This document shows, one piece after another, positions 13,274 through 25,110 of a stretch of 64,000 nt of DNA. Below the pieces are notes generated by a model, which was not told the origin of the DNA, did not search any database, and saw only the letters and a list, made by a program, of their open reading frames with translations. Source of the stretch: Octopus bimaculoides (lineage: Eukaryota); contig NC_069005.1 of assembly GCF_001194135.2 (NCBI RefSeq), forward strand, positions 20,977,947 to 21,041,946. Direction: 5' to 3'. Positions within the stretch are counted from its first letter, which is position 1. Each line of letters begins with the position of its first letter. The position numbers and the translations under genes were made by a program.

Positions 13274-14554
13274 CAGGTTGTTCAAAAAGTCTCTCTGCAG
13301 TGATTCTTTTTCATCCTGTGCATGCACAGCTGGACTATTACTGCATGAGTGGCCGAGCATCAGCCATTGTACCTCAGTCATTGTGTACCCTTCAGCATGT
13401 CAACATGCGAACCGTTTAAGAATATATGTTTTTAGTTGAATGATTGTTTCGAGCTGGAAACAAATACATAGAAGTTCAGTGAAACTTTTCCAAATACTGT
13501 TGTTCCATATCGTGACACTTTATGGGATTTGATAAGAAAATTTAGAAACACAGGCTCAGTGAAGACACAGCAAGAAGCGGTAGGCTTAGTGTTCTTTCAG
13601 ATGAAACACTCTCCAATATTTCTGATAAACTGTTGGAAAGCCCATCAAAGTCCTTACACAAATTGTTACAGGAAACGGAAATTAGCCTAGGAAGTGCTTA
13701 CATGGCAGTAAAAAAGAAATTAAATTTCTTTCCATACAAAGTGCTGGCCATTCAAGAATTGAAGACTATGGATAATGCTAAAAGGCTTCATTATTGTTAT
13801 TGGTTCCAAAACTTTGTTGCCGAAAAAGGCATAGAAGTGCTGGATGGGTGTTTTTACACTGATGAGACTTGGCTTCATCTGTCGGGACACATAAATTCGC
13901 AAAACACAAGGTAATGGAGCACTGAGAATCCACATGCGATGCATGAGCGACTCCTGCATCCCGCAAAAGTTGGAATATGGATAGCAATTTCGAGAAAGCA
14001 TATTGTGGGACCGATATTGTTTGAAGACACCATCAACACTGAGAAATATTGCTCAAATATTGTCTATCCATTTGTAGGCCAACTCAGTGAAAGTGAAATT
14101 AATAATGCATACTTTCAGCAAGATGGAGCTATAGCACATACTTTGTGCATCACTATGGCACTACCTCAAGAGATTTTCAGTGAACGGATAATTTTGAAGG
14201 GATTTTGGCCACCAAGATCGCCTGACTTAACACCACCAGACTTTTCTTTCTGGGGAGCAAGTAAAGGATCAGTGTACAAGAATCACCCGAAAACCATTAG
14301 TGAGCTAAAAGACACAATCATAACCTTCACACGGTCCACGCCACATCAGACTCTCCAAGATGTATTTCAAAATATTTTGTAAAAGAGTCAACTTATGTAT
14401 TGAAAAATGAAGGATGACACTTTCAACACTTCTTATAAAGTTTTTTAAAGTCTTGTAAAGTCTAATATATATTCTTTTGTAGTCTTTACACCATCTTAAA
14501 AATATTTATTTTGCAATAAAATACTTATTGCGGAGAGACTTTTTGAACACTTTG
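13274..14554 (+). mobile_element. Full-length but decayed Tc1/mariner element (maT/rosa-like DDD transposase with DUF4817-type N-terminus)
   Basis: TA flanks and roughly 28-bp imperfect TIRs (CAGGTTGTTCAAAAAGTCTCTCTGCA / TGCGGAGAGACTTTTTGAACACTTTG). Motifs FYTDETW, FQQDGA and WPPRSPDLTPPDF. In-frame stop at 13912 and frameshifts near the 5' end. Confidence 0.93.
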
Positions 14555-14573
14555 TATTTGAAAAGAACAAACA

Positions 14574-15076
14574 CTGAACAGGCAAAACATGTGGTATCAA
14601 ATTAGAGCATTGAATTTATAATTCAAACATAATTGCAGAGTTGTTAGAGTGATTAAGAAGCTATACACAACTTCTTAATCCCTTATTGACTCTAACAACT
14701 CTGCAATTATGTTTGAATTATAAGTTCCATGCTCTGAAGCAGTGGTTCTCAACTGGAGTTTATATGGCCCCTGAGGGTTCATATAAGATTTTTGAGGGTC
14801 CACAGAACAAAATAGTAAACTGGGGATTCACAATAGTATTTTAAGGGCCGTTGGAAAAATTTTCTTTCTCTAACATTTTACGTAGTTCAACCTACACAAG
14901 TTGATGTGTGAAAAATAAAAGAGGAATCTTGAAAGAAGTTTCTATAAAACTAGTTTTTAAACATCGAATAGTTGTGGGGGTCCACCAGAATAAAATGGCA
15001 ATGAAAGGGGTCCGTAGATAAAAAATGGTGGCGAAACCCCTGCTCTAAAGTGATTCCACATGTTTTGCCTGTTCAG
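14574..15076. mobile_element. Foldback MITE interrupted by a hAT MITE
   Basis: The left arm CTGAACAGGCAAAACATGTGG...GAGTTGTTAGAGT is the reverse complement of the right arm once 14740-15042 is removed. Confidence 0.85.
14740..15042. mobile_element. hAT/Charlie-type MITE
   Basis: Termini CAGTGGTTCTCAAC and GAAACCCCTG. 8-bp TSD CTCTGAAG/CTCTAAAG. Confidence 0.85.
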
Positions 15077-15202
15077 NNNNNNNNNNCTTTTAGTTCTCTT
15101 TCCCTTTTTTTTTTCCTCTCAATCCTTTCTGTTGAAAAGTGTAGACTCAAAACGTCATAACGTATAATACTGTACCTTTTAGACAAAATATATATATATA
15201 TA

Positions 15203-15603
15203 TATATTTGAAAAAGGAAAAGAATGACTTCTCTGGTAGTTCTAATCAATTTAATTTTCTAATAATATAATTTTACAGTTTGGTTTTTAGATCTAGTACG
15301 TTCTTTGTTAACTTCAGTGGAGAGATTTTTTAAAGATTCCTTCTTAACTTTTCTGGAAAACTTTCTCCTGAATTCGTCAGTGGTGATTGTCAAACTAATC
15401 TCAGGTTAAGATCAGATTGACAATTACCACCAACGAATGCGAGAGAAAGTTCTCCAGAAAAGTTAAGAAGGAGTCTTTAAAAAATGTCCCCACTGAAGTT
15501 AACAAAGAACTTACTACATCTAAAAACCAAACTGTAAAATTATATTATTAGAAAATTAAATTAGAACTACCAGTGAAGTCATTGTTTTCCTTTTTCAAAT
15601 ATA
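15203..15603. repeat. ~400-bp near-perfect palindrome (foldback element)
   Basis: Arms of about 195 bp (TATATTTGAAAAAGGAAAAGAATGACTTC... / ...GAAGTCATTGTTTTCCTTTTTCAAATATA) around a short loop near 15400. Confidence 0.92.
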
Positions 15604-15641
15604 CCTAACTGTACCAAGGATTTCACACATTTTCCAGTATG

Positions 15642-15685
<44 letters not shown>

Positions 15686-15697
15686 CATACATATACA

Positions 15698-15866
15698 TAC
15701 AGGGTGCAGCAGAAGTGACGCCCTTTTTGCATTTAATAACTTTTATGGTATATTTTTTTCTAAGTAATTTTTAATTGAACACAATTTATTGCACTACTTA
15801 AGGAAATGAATAATAATAATAAACTAATGAAAAAATCAAAGAAGGTTTAGGAAATAAAAAAGAAAC
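15698..15866. mobile_element. One end of a Tc1/mariner element, running into a gap
   Basis: TA-CAGGGTG terminus directly after a (TA)n/(TACA)n tract. Confidence 0.45.
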
Positions 15867-16229
15867 NNNNNNNNNNNNNNNNNNNNNNNNNNNNNNNNNN
15901 NNNNNNNNNNNNNNNNNNNNNNNNNNNNNNNNNNNNNNNNNNNNNNNNNNNNNNNNNNNNNNNNNNNNNNNNNNNNNNNNNNNNNNNNNNNNNNNNNNNN
16001 NNNNNNNNNNNNNNNNNNNNNNNNNNNNNNNNNNNNNNNNNNNNNNNNNNNNNNNNNNNNNNNNNNNNNNNNNNNNNNNNNNNNNNNNNNNNNNNNNNNN
16101 NNNNNNNNNNNNNNNNNNNNNNNNNNNNNNNNNNNNNNNNNNNNNNNNNNNNNNTATAGTACTGGATTTTTGCAGCATTTTGAATTTTTTTAAAACATAT
16201 TCTTGCAATTGTCTGATAATACAGACATA

Positions 16230-16907
16230 GACTTGCCCAAATAAATTAACATTGATATTTTTTTCACCGTTGTTACAATCATCAGAAATGGAACTGTCAA
16301 AGCGTGATATTCTGCTATTCAACTTCAAAAAAGGATGTAAAACAGCTGAAACTGCTCGCGATATCAACGAAATGTGACTGTTTGGTGGTGCACTGCTGGA
16401 CTCATCCACTATAACTTCTTAAAACCTGGAAAAACCATTACTGCAGAAACACATTCCCACGAAATTGCCAAATTGAACGGAAAGCTGCTACTCTTCCATC
16501 CCAGACTGGTGAGGAGAAGAGGGCCAATCATTCTTCATGACAATGCTCAACCACACGTTTCATAATGATGCTCCAGAAGTTGAGGGAACTTGGCTAAGAA
16601 GTCCTTCCCCACCCAGCTTACTCCCCAGACCTTTCCCCTAGCAACAACCACTTTTCAAGCACCTTGATGGTTTCCTGCGAGAGAAGGAGTTCAAAAATCA
16701 AAGCGATGCTGAAAGTGCATTCAAAGAGTTCATCATCTCCAGAACTCCTGATTTTTATGATACCGGAAAAAACAAACTTGTAATTTGTTGGCAAAAATGT
16801 GTTGATTGTAATGGTACTTACTTTGATGAATAATATTTCTGCATTGTTGAAATATATTGTGATGAATTTCATATTTCAAAACATTGCTTACTTTTTATTC
16901 AGCCTGA
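16230..16907 (+). mobile_element. Internally deleted mariner (Hsmar1/Mos1-like) transposon
   Basis: MELSKRD...KTAETARDINE is fused directly to VWWCTAGLIHYNFL...ILHDNAQPH...HPAYSPDLSP...WQKCVDCNGTYFDE. Right TIR CATTGCTTACTTTTTATTCAGCCTGA followed by TA. Confidence 0.9.
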
Positions 16908-17145
16908 TATATATATATATATAAGACTCCCAAGCATATAATATATTCATGTCAGCTTTGTCAGGTCATTTCATAACATAAAGCCTTAGACACAAAATAA
17001 AGAGCAAATCAATGAGAATACCTTGCCACCATTTCCTACATAACCTATGGCCATGGGGGCCACAAAAAAATTCTTTAATCTCCTAATTAATACATAAACA
17101 AATAAATGAAATTTTTCGAAAGAAAGCTTTTGATGAATCCATTAC

Positions 17146-17202
17146 CTTGGAATACAGCTCCTGTTCCATTGTCTCTTTGGTACCAACAAGTTTATCTAAA
17201 CG
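17146..17202 (-). CDS. XRCC4: XRCC4 coding exon 4
   Basis: Acceptor ttttgttttccag and donor GTAATG. RLDKLVGTKETMEQELYSK matches human RFEKCVSAKEALETDLYKR. Confidence 0.92.
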
Positions 17203-17380
17203 CTGGAAAACAAAATACATCAATACATCAATATAGGCACATTGTGGGTGTGTGATAAAAAGCTTGCTTCCCAACCACATGGTTCCAGATTCAATCCTAT
17301 TGTGTGGCACCTTGGGCAAGCATCTTCTACTACAGCCTTCGGGCTGACCAAAGCCTTGTGAGTGGATCTCATAGATAGAA

Positions 17381-18180
17381 ATGGGCATAAGAAGCATCAA
17401 ATGTGGTGTGCAAGACAGACAACTGGGCTGGAATGGTCATGTACTGTGGATGGACGAGGAGAGCTGTGTGAAGAAGTGCCATTCCCAAACAGTGGAAGGA
17501 ATCCAGGGCAGAGGGAGACCCAGGAAGACATGGGATGAGGTGGTGAAGCATGACCTTCGAACGTTGGGTCTCACAGAGGCAATGACAAAAGACCGAGACC
17601 TCTAGAGATGTGCTGTGACTGAGAAGACCCGGCAAATAAAGTGAGCCCACAGCTGTAACCTACACCAGTGTCACATGACCAGCCCACTCAAAGTACTTTG
17701 GATCATAGGGCAACATGCCATGCTTGAGGAGACCTGTTGAGTCAAGTACATCAACATCAGCAATATCAAAATCAAATCAAATGGAAATTGTAGTTGTGAG
17801 CCCCATGCTGGTAGCATGTAAAAAGCACCATCCGAACATNNNNNNNNNNTAGTTGTGAGCCCCATGCTGGTAGCATGTAAAAAGCACCATCCGAACATGG
17901 CCAATGCCAGTGCCGCTTTGACTGGCTTCCGTGCCAGTGGCACATAAAAAGCACCATCTGATTGTGGTCGATGCAAGCTCCTCTGGCCCCTGTGCCGATG
18001 GCATGTAAAAAGCACCCACTATGCTCTCCGAGTGGTTGGCGTTAGGAAGGGCATCCAGCTGTAGAAACATTGCTAAGATCAGATTGGGGCTTGGTGCAGC
18101 CTCCTGGCTTCCCAGACCCCAGACGAACCGTCCAACCCATGCCAGCATGGAAAATGGACATTAAACGATGATGATGATGA
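17381..18180 (+). mobile_element. 5'-truncated RTE-clade LINE (ORF C-terminus plus 3' UTR, GAT-repeat tail)
   Basis: GHVLWMDEESCVKKC...GRGRPRKTWDEVVKHDLRTLGL followed by a UTR containing GGAAGGGCATCCAGCTGTAGAAA and ending in (GAT)n. Related tails occur at about 235-685, 9220-9480, 10760-11070, 19840-20100, 26100-26340, 29740-29950, 33985-34105, 41185-41640, 44650-45015, 46370-46515, 47350-47870 and 63135-63390. Confidence 0.9.
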
Positions 18181-18651
18181 TGATACACACACACACATAA
18201 GGTGTTCTGACTAAATTTGATGATTTTTTTATGTTTCTTTTTTCAAGAAGATCTTGGTGTATTCATGAATATGTGATGGCATAGGAGAGCATAAAGATTA
18301 AAGTTGTGCTGAAGAAACACTTAGCTGACATGGATGATTGGAAGCCATCTCAATATCAGAACAGAGTTACATGTATCATGATGGTTTGTGTAATGTCATT
18401 AGAAGGCTCAAAAGAGCAATGCCTTCAGAAGAACCAAGGGTGCTGGATGGAAGAAAGAAGCAGTAATATGATGTATGGTGCAACGTCACCTGGGGTGAAG
18501 CCTGGTAGGGAGTAATTGGCAAGGGTAAGGGTTGTGTTGATGGGATAAGGCAAAGAACAGGAGTGGGGAGGGGCAATAGAAAAGAATCTATATCTGGTGC
18601 ATGTTAGTGCATATTACTTCAGGGCATCTTCCACGTACAAAGCCTCCAGAT

Positions 18652-18945
18652 CAGTGTTTCTCAGCTGGGGTCTTTATAAGATTTTTGGGGTCCACACAAC
18701 AAAATACTACATTTGGGATTTACAATAGTACTTTAAGGGTCCCTGAAAAAATTGTGCTTTAGGTGTATATGTTGGTACGTATTGCAAGAAACAGCTAGGT
18801 TTCTTTCCCTAACACTTTGCATAGTTCAACCTATACAAGGGAATGTGCGAAAAACAAAATAGGAATTTTGAAAGAAGTTTCTATAAAACTAGTTTTTAAA
18901 CATTGGAAAGGGGTCCACAGATTAACAATGGTTGAGAAACCCCTG
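18652..18945. mobile_element. Second copy of the hAT/Charlie-type MITE
   Basis: CAGTGTTTCTCAGC...GTTGAGAAACCCCTG with the same internal sequence as 14740-15042. Confidence 0.85.
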
Positions 18946-18954
18946 CTCTATAGG

Positions 18955-19530
18955 GTAACTTGGCCTGCTAAAAATAACAAGTCCATCAAATTATAACCCT
19001 TGTCTTTAAAGAAAAGAAGAACACTATATAGTGTGGTCCTAGATATTCTATGTCTAAATAAAAGACAGGATGGTCACCACTTGAACATATTTGATCATGG
19101 TTTTTACACTGCTGACCTGGGGGTTAAACCACAGCAACCCCTTAGACAAATAATATCTGTAGAGCTAGTTAGTTAAGGTTACAAAGGTTACTACAGTCCA
19201 AAATTGGAGCACTCAGTGCGATCGTAAATGTGCAAAGTATATGATAAAATGAGGTAGTATCTATGCCTGTTAAAAATAGCAGCCAAATTGCTCTTGAAAT
19301 TACAGCCTAGTGTCCTAAAAATAGAAGGATACATTGAATGATGGAATGATACACGATGGAATGATACATGATAGAATGGTCATAGTTGTTAGAAATAGAA
19401 GCCAAATTGCTCTTGAAATTATAGTTTAATGTCCTAAAAGTGGAAGGATATGTTGAATAATGAAATTATCAATAAATATGATGGAATGGTCAAAGCTGGA
19501 ACGTCTTTGGTTATAAGTCTGCTCAATACG
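18955..19530 (+). repeat. Unclassified interspersed repeat (AAATAGCAGCCAAAT...GATCAT...GGGGCTAAACAAC family), locally duplicated
   Basis: The same motifs recur at about 27030-27130, 27580-27950, 36390-36520, 39620-39780 and 59040-59110. Confidence 0.6.
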
Positions 19531-19600
19531 AGCTGAATTTGTGGCTTATCGACACCAACAATGACAACAACACATGTGAGATGTCAAAATGAGATATTAC

Positions 19601-19765
19601 CTTGAGTGTATCAGCTTTCTCTTGTAATAACATATCTTTATCTTTCTTCACTGACGTTACTTCCTGGTTTATATTCGATATCATATTTACACAATGGTCA
19701 AAAATTCTCTGCGTCATACACCTGATGTCATCGATTTTAGAAAGTGTTGCTGAACCAAGAATAAA
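19601..19765 (-). CDS. XRCC4: XRCC4 coding exon 3 (end of head, start of coiled coil)
   Basis: Acceptor ccttttctacttcag and donor GTAATA. FILGSATLSKIDDIRCMTQRIFDHCVNMISNINQEVTSVKKDKDMLLQEKADTLK aligns by eye to human [47 protein letters not shown]. Confidence 0.92.
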
Positions 19766-21336
19766 CTGAAGTAGAAAAGGTTGGAAAAAAGAAAAGATTA
19801 GTAAAAAACTACATCAAAACAAGATATACTAATCATCATCATCATCATCATCATCATCGTCGTTTAACGTCCGCTTTCCATGCTAGCATGGGTTGGACGA
19901 TTTGACTGAGGACTGGTGAAACCAGATGACTACACCAGGCTCCAATCTGATTTGGCAGAGTTTCTACAGCTGGATGCCCTTCCTAACGCCAACCACTCCG
20001 AGAGTGTAGTTGGTGCTTTTACGTGCCACCGGCACGAAGGCCAGTCAGGCGGTACTGGCAATGGCCACGCTCAAAATGGTGTATTTTATGTGCCACAATA
20101 TTTCATTTTAACATCCCTAGTATAAATACAGGCACCCATATGGTTCTGGAATTAATCCAACTGCAGAGTACCTTGAGCAAGTGTCCTCTTATCATAGCTC
20201 TAGGCTGAGCAACTGTTTCAGAGTCAGTGAGTTAATACAAAAAGTGTGACAATTAAAGTACGTTAATGATAAAGAAAGTGACATTTATTTATTCAAGAAG
20301 CAGAAATTGATAAAATATGTACCAGATTGTAATAGGTACTGAAGTTGACACGAATAATTAAAAACCCTTGAAAGCTGGCCCCCAACAAGGCAGCAGATTG
20401 CATCGATAACCAACTGAAGGAAGTGTCTTTCTGGGGTTAAAATAGTTGTAACATTGGTTCATACGCAACGGCCATGTTAAAGTGGTGATAAACAAAAGAA
20501 TATGAGTTTTTTATTTTATCTTGGCCACCTCAGTGCTCAGTTCTTTGATTCTTCCATCAGTTTTGATGGAGAGTTTGATTAATGGAACCATCTACTCATT
20601 GTATAACAGTGTCAATGTTTGAGTATTCAACAGACTAATTATTGCAATCTTCTTTCCAAATCAGTTTGGCACTAAATGTGAGACTAGCTCTTTGAATTAC
20701 AGAATCCATCTTCTATTGCTTTGCAAGCGGTTGAGTATTCCACAGGCACTTGTGCATTTAATTACTCCTCAGACAAAATAAATCATTGTTACAAAGCTGG
20801 ATTACATTTACATTCATCCTTCACTCATAATACTCTCTCTCTCTCTCTCTCTTTCTTCTTGAGTCGGGGTGCATGTACACGTGTCTTGAATGAAGAGATA
20901 GAGAGGATCTGTATACATATGGGTGTGTATTTGAACTTACACTACTTTTCATATATGTGTGGATGTGTATGCTTAGACATATGAACATATATACATGTCA
21001 GTAGATGTGAATAAATAAAAAGTTATATATGTCTATGGGTGTGTGTGAGCATGATGTGTGTGTGTATGAGTAAATTGTTACACACAGCTATTTCTCATTA
21101 ACCAAATCACAGTCTGTTTATCATCATTAAGTTGAAATATCCTTTGATCTATGACAGTTTAGATGTTGAATTAACCATTCTTCTTAAATATCCTGACTAC
21201 AGTTATTCCTCTTCTTTCTTTGTATCTTTTGATAAAATAAAAATAATAACCTTCCTTTTCTTAAATGCTATATATAGAATGTTCTAAAATTACATGCAGT
21301 TTTATTTAGCAGTGTCAACCAACTGATGTTGATAAA

Positions 21337-21968
21337 TCTTACTATAATGGGCATTATGCCCGTCTGTGTGTCTGTTCCCTGTTCACAGTCAAATGGCTGG
21401 ACCGAAGGAGATAATCAGGAACGTTTTTAGCAAAAACATGTGGAAAAGTATGAGTATTTAGTGGATATTGAGAGCAATTGTTCAGTTTACAGGCGTAAAA
21501 AAAGTAAATAAAAATTAAGGGGGAGATAATTAATAAAAGAGGTAAAGGGAAGTAAGTCAACTTACTTCACTGAATTATACTATACACGAAAGTTTTAGTT
21601 TAGGATAGCTTTATAAAGGAAAGATTGTGATGGCTTTGGCTCATCTTTAATCGGTGTATGAACAATTACCGATATTGAGTTTTGTATCACCTTTGAGTTT
21701 TTTCTGTTAAAATTCCAGCGATGAAGGATTAACTCTGGATTTCTCCCTGTATAGTTCATGAATTTAGAAGGTTTGGATTTGCGATACTATTCCTTTATTT
21801 CCCATTGTAGATGGGCAGACTCCTAAAGATTTCGCTCGCTCATCCACACCAAAAAAGGTACTGAGCCAGACTTTAGATCGTGTAGGTGTATTTTCACTGA
21901 CTCCGATGTTTACACATGGCCAGTTATACGTTGCCATGAATAGAGCAATGGACTCCGGTAATTTGAAA
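21337..21968 (+). mobile_element. Helitron remnant (5' end plus PIF1 helicase fragment)
   Basis: A|TC 5' end followed by GTCTGTGTGTCTG...GGCTGGACCGA. SQTLDRVGVFSLTPMFTHGQLYVAMNR matches helicase motifs GQTL.VG...F.HGQLYVA.SR. Confidence 0.75.
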
Positions 21969-22066
21969 GAGCCTGGTGTAGCCATCTGGTTTCACCAGTC
22001 CTCAGTCAAATCGTCCAACCCATGCTAGCATGGAAAGCGGACGTTAAATGATGATGATGATGATGA

Positions 22067-22100
<34 letters not shown>

Positions 22101-22102
<2 letters not shown>

Positions 22103-22135
22103 TAGCTGAATAGCCCGTTGTTGCCAGGCAATTTT
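22101..22135 (-). mobile_element. Helitron 3' terminus
   Basis: The minus strand reads GCCTGGCAACAACGGGC (imperfect hairpin) ...CTAG|T. Confidence 0.55.
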
Positions 22136-23090
22136 TACAATAGAATGTCTTATATAAATTTTTATTTAGTCCATGTCAGAGCATGCCTTCCCCAACAGAT
22201 AGGCCTCTTGATCAGGACAGATTTGTGAAATTTTTCACCAAAAGACTTTGTTGAGGATTTTTTTCTGCTTTAAATTACTTACATGTCTGTTCAACTGTTT
22301 CACATGACTTTCTTCATTAAAACTTCAGAAGTTCTTACAACTTTGGTCATTGTAATGCTTTGCTTTTGCTTGTTTAATAAAAATTTCTCCTCCTAATGAT
22401 TTTGCTTTCATTTTGTGATTGACAGCTATCATGCAGAAAATGCCAGCTTTCAAATCCTGTTTCTGATTAGGTAAAATTGATTTTTGGTTGTTTCCATGTG
22501 TTAGATTGAACAAAGTAACAAACACACCACTCACACACATGTAAAGAAAGAGGACTCAGTGAAAATGAAATGAAGTGTAGTTAAAGAACTTAGAAGAGGG
22601 ATATGGATCACTTTCACCAGCTAGGCTTTTTATACTACCATTGATAGTATTCACAGTAAAAAGTGAATATTGCTGATGTTTTTATAGCCTGTTCAGCTAG
22701 GGTTTGTATTTATTTGTGTTTGATCTGTGGTATTATCTGTATGTTGATAAAGTAGGAAGATAATATATTTGGGAAATTTGTTTTTTGCACATATAAGAGT
22801 GAGAAGTAAGTTGATTACATCAACACCAGTGCTTAACTAGTATTTCTTCTGTGGACCCCAAAAGGATAAAAGCAAAGACAACCATGGCAGAATTTGAGCT
22901 CAGAATATAAAGAACCAGAAGACATGTTGTCTAGCATTTTGTCTGAAGTAATAATGATTCTGCCAGTTCGCAATAATAATAATAATAATAATGATAATGA
23001 TGATGATGATGACAATGATGAGGATGACAATGATGATGATTATGATGATATTTTCTGCATCATCATCTGTTGGTGTCTTTTGGAACTTAC

Positions 23091-23245
23091 TTTGAGATCT
23101 TCGGCTGCATTTTCCTCCTTCCACCTGAATAGAATCTTTTCGTTAGAAAAATGATCTATTTCATAGCTAAAACTTCTGTCCTGATAAGATATTCTGGTTA
23201 ATGGTAGGAAATCTGAACATCGATTATTGCTGTCATTCTTCAACA
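23091..23245 (-). CDS. XRCC4: XRCC4 coding exon 2
   Basis: Acceptor tttcctattatttccag and donor GTAAGT, phase 1 to 0. Encodes (V)LKNDSNNRCSDFLPLTRISYQDRSFSYEIDHFSNEKILFRWKEENAAEDLK, in frame with both flanking exons. Confidence 0.88.
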
Positions 23246-23334
23246 CTGGAAATAATAGGAAATATTAGCATATATATTTACACACACACACAATTTAATT
23301 ATATACATACATACATACATAACAACATATATAT

Positions 23335-23377
<43 letters not shown>

Positions 23378-23716
23378 TAATAATAATAATAATAATAATA
23401 ATTCTTGCATTGAATTTATAAATATTTTAATGCATCACTACGTGTGTTTTCACAGCTCATGTTTCTTAAGATCAAAGTCTGTATGTTCATGGATACCACA
23501 GTGCAGTCTGTCGTATCCATGGACATTAAGTAGATCATGTTCATGCATTCATTTCTTCAAGCTATAGACTTTGCCAGTTGGCATCATTAGGCTGTAGCCA
23601 GCATAATAGAATAGGAACTTTTATATCCATATTCAAAGGCATTAAGACAATATGACTCACCCCACACAACATATTTAAAACGTTTCTCATAAACGAACTT
23701 AAAGGATATATGTGCG

Positions 23717-23749
<33 letters not shown>

Positions 23750-24379
23750 NNNNNNNNNNNNNNNNNNNNNNNNNNNNNNNNNNNNNNNNNNNNNNNNNNN
23801 NNNNNNNNNNNNNNNNNNNNNNNNNNNNNNNNNNNNNNNNNNNNNNNNNNNNNNNNNNNNNNNNNNNNNNNNNNNNNNNNNNNNNNNNNNNNNNNNNNNN
23901 NNNNNNNNNNNNNNNNNNNNNNNNNNNNNNNNNNNNNNNNNNNNNNNNNNNNNNNNNNNNNNNNNNNNNNNNNNNNNNNNNNNNNNNNNNNNNNNNNNNN
24001 NNNNNNNNNNNNNNNNNNNNNNNNNNNNNNNNNNNNNNNNNNNNNNNNNNNNNNNNNNNNNNNNNNNNNNNNNNNNNNNNNNNNNNNNNNNNNNNNNNNN
24101 NNNNNNNNNNNNNNNNNNNNNNNNNNNNNNNNNNNNNNNNNNNNNNNNNNNNNNNNNNNNNNNNNNNNNNNNNNNNNNNNNNNNNNNNNNNNNNNNNNNN
24201 NNNNNNNNNNNNNNNNNNNNNNNNNNNNNNNNNNNNNNNATATATATATATATATATACATACATATATATAATTTGAACAGAAGGGAACTCAATGCAAA
24301 AATTTAGAATCTAATGTTTTACTTAACAGCTCAATTTTCCTTCAGCCTTATCAAAACAAATAGTTTGACATGGAGAGGG

Positions 24380-25110
24380 AAGACTGTGATATCATATCCA
24401 TGGAACATCACAATATTACACACAGATGACATTTTGATATCATAGGAAGGACACCTCAATTTTGAAGTTAGAACATCTTGATAACAAAAAGAAGACACCT
24501 GATGCATCAATATTATCGAGGGTATACTTCAGTATCACACAGGAACACTTCAATATCACACAGGGATACTTCAATATCATACAGTGAATACCTAGATAGT
24601 ACACAGAAAACACATTGATATCACAGAGAGAAAACATTTTGAAATTCTTAAAAGAGCATCTTTGATGTCTTGATTTTGATATGGCAGGGAGGGTACCCTG
24701 ATATAATAAGAGAATACCCCTCAGTCTCACTGTTGAGAACAATTAAGAATACCACAATATCACAGTAGGTAACACATGGATATCCCAGATCAGAAGACCT
24801 TGATACTATAGGTGGGACACCTTGATATTGCTGAAAAGATACATTAAATTTTCAAGCTGTTCATTCTAATGCTCCATTTGTCATTTCACCTAGCTGTCAC
24901 ATAACTCTTAGTTCATCTATCTATCATTTCAGTCAACAGTGAGTTCACCTATCTGTTAATCTATCCAACTGCCAATTCATCTCACCTGTGTTCACCCTAC
25001 TATCACTTCACCCAACTGCCAGTTCACCAAGGTGTCAGCTCACCTAACCATCAACTCGCCCAGATCTCAGCTGTTAGTTAACCTGTCTGTACAATCATTC
25101 AGCTATTATT
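24380..25110. repeat. Two adjacent old degenerate minisatellites
   Basis: A ~21-bp unit (TTGATATCACAG.AGGAACAC) over 24380-24845, then a ~16-bp unit (GTTCACCTAACTGTCA) over 24880-25110. Confidence 0.6.

Noticed and set aside
17800-17900. Direct repeat on either side of a 10-N gap (likewise at 49528-49585)
   Set aside because: Identical sequence flanking a minimal gap indicates an unmerged contig overlap rather than biology.
23661-23697. Minus-strand exon-like segment with a GTGAGT donor inside XRCC4 intron 1
   Set aside because: It has a stop in the phase required after exon 1, and exons 1 and 2 already join in frame.
23587-24307. Long ORFs over N runs (also at 38063-38938, 55663-56041 and 57812-59009)
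   Set aside because: Artefacts of untranslatable assembly gaps and flanking (TA)n.
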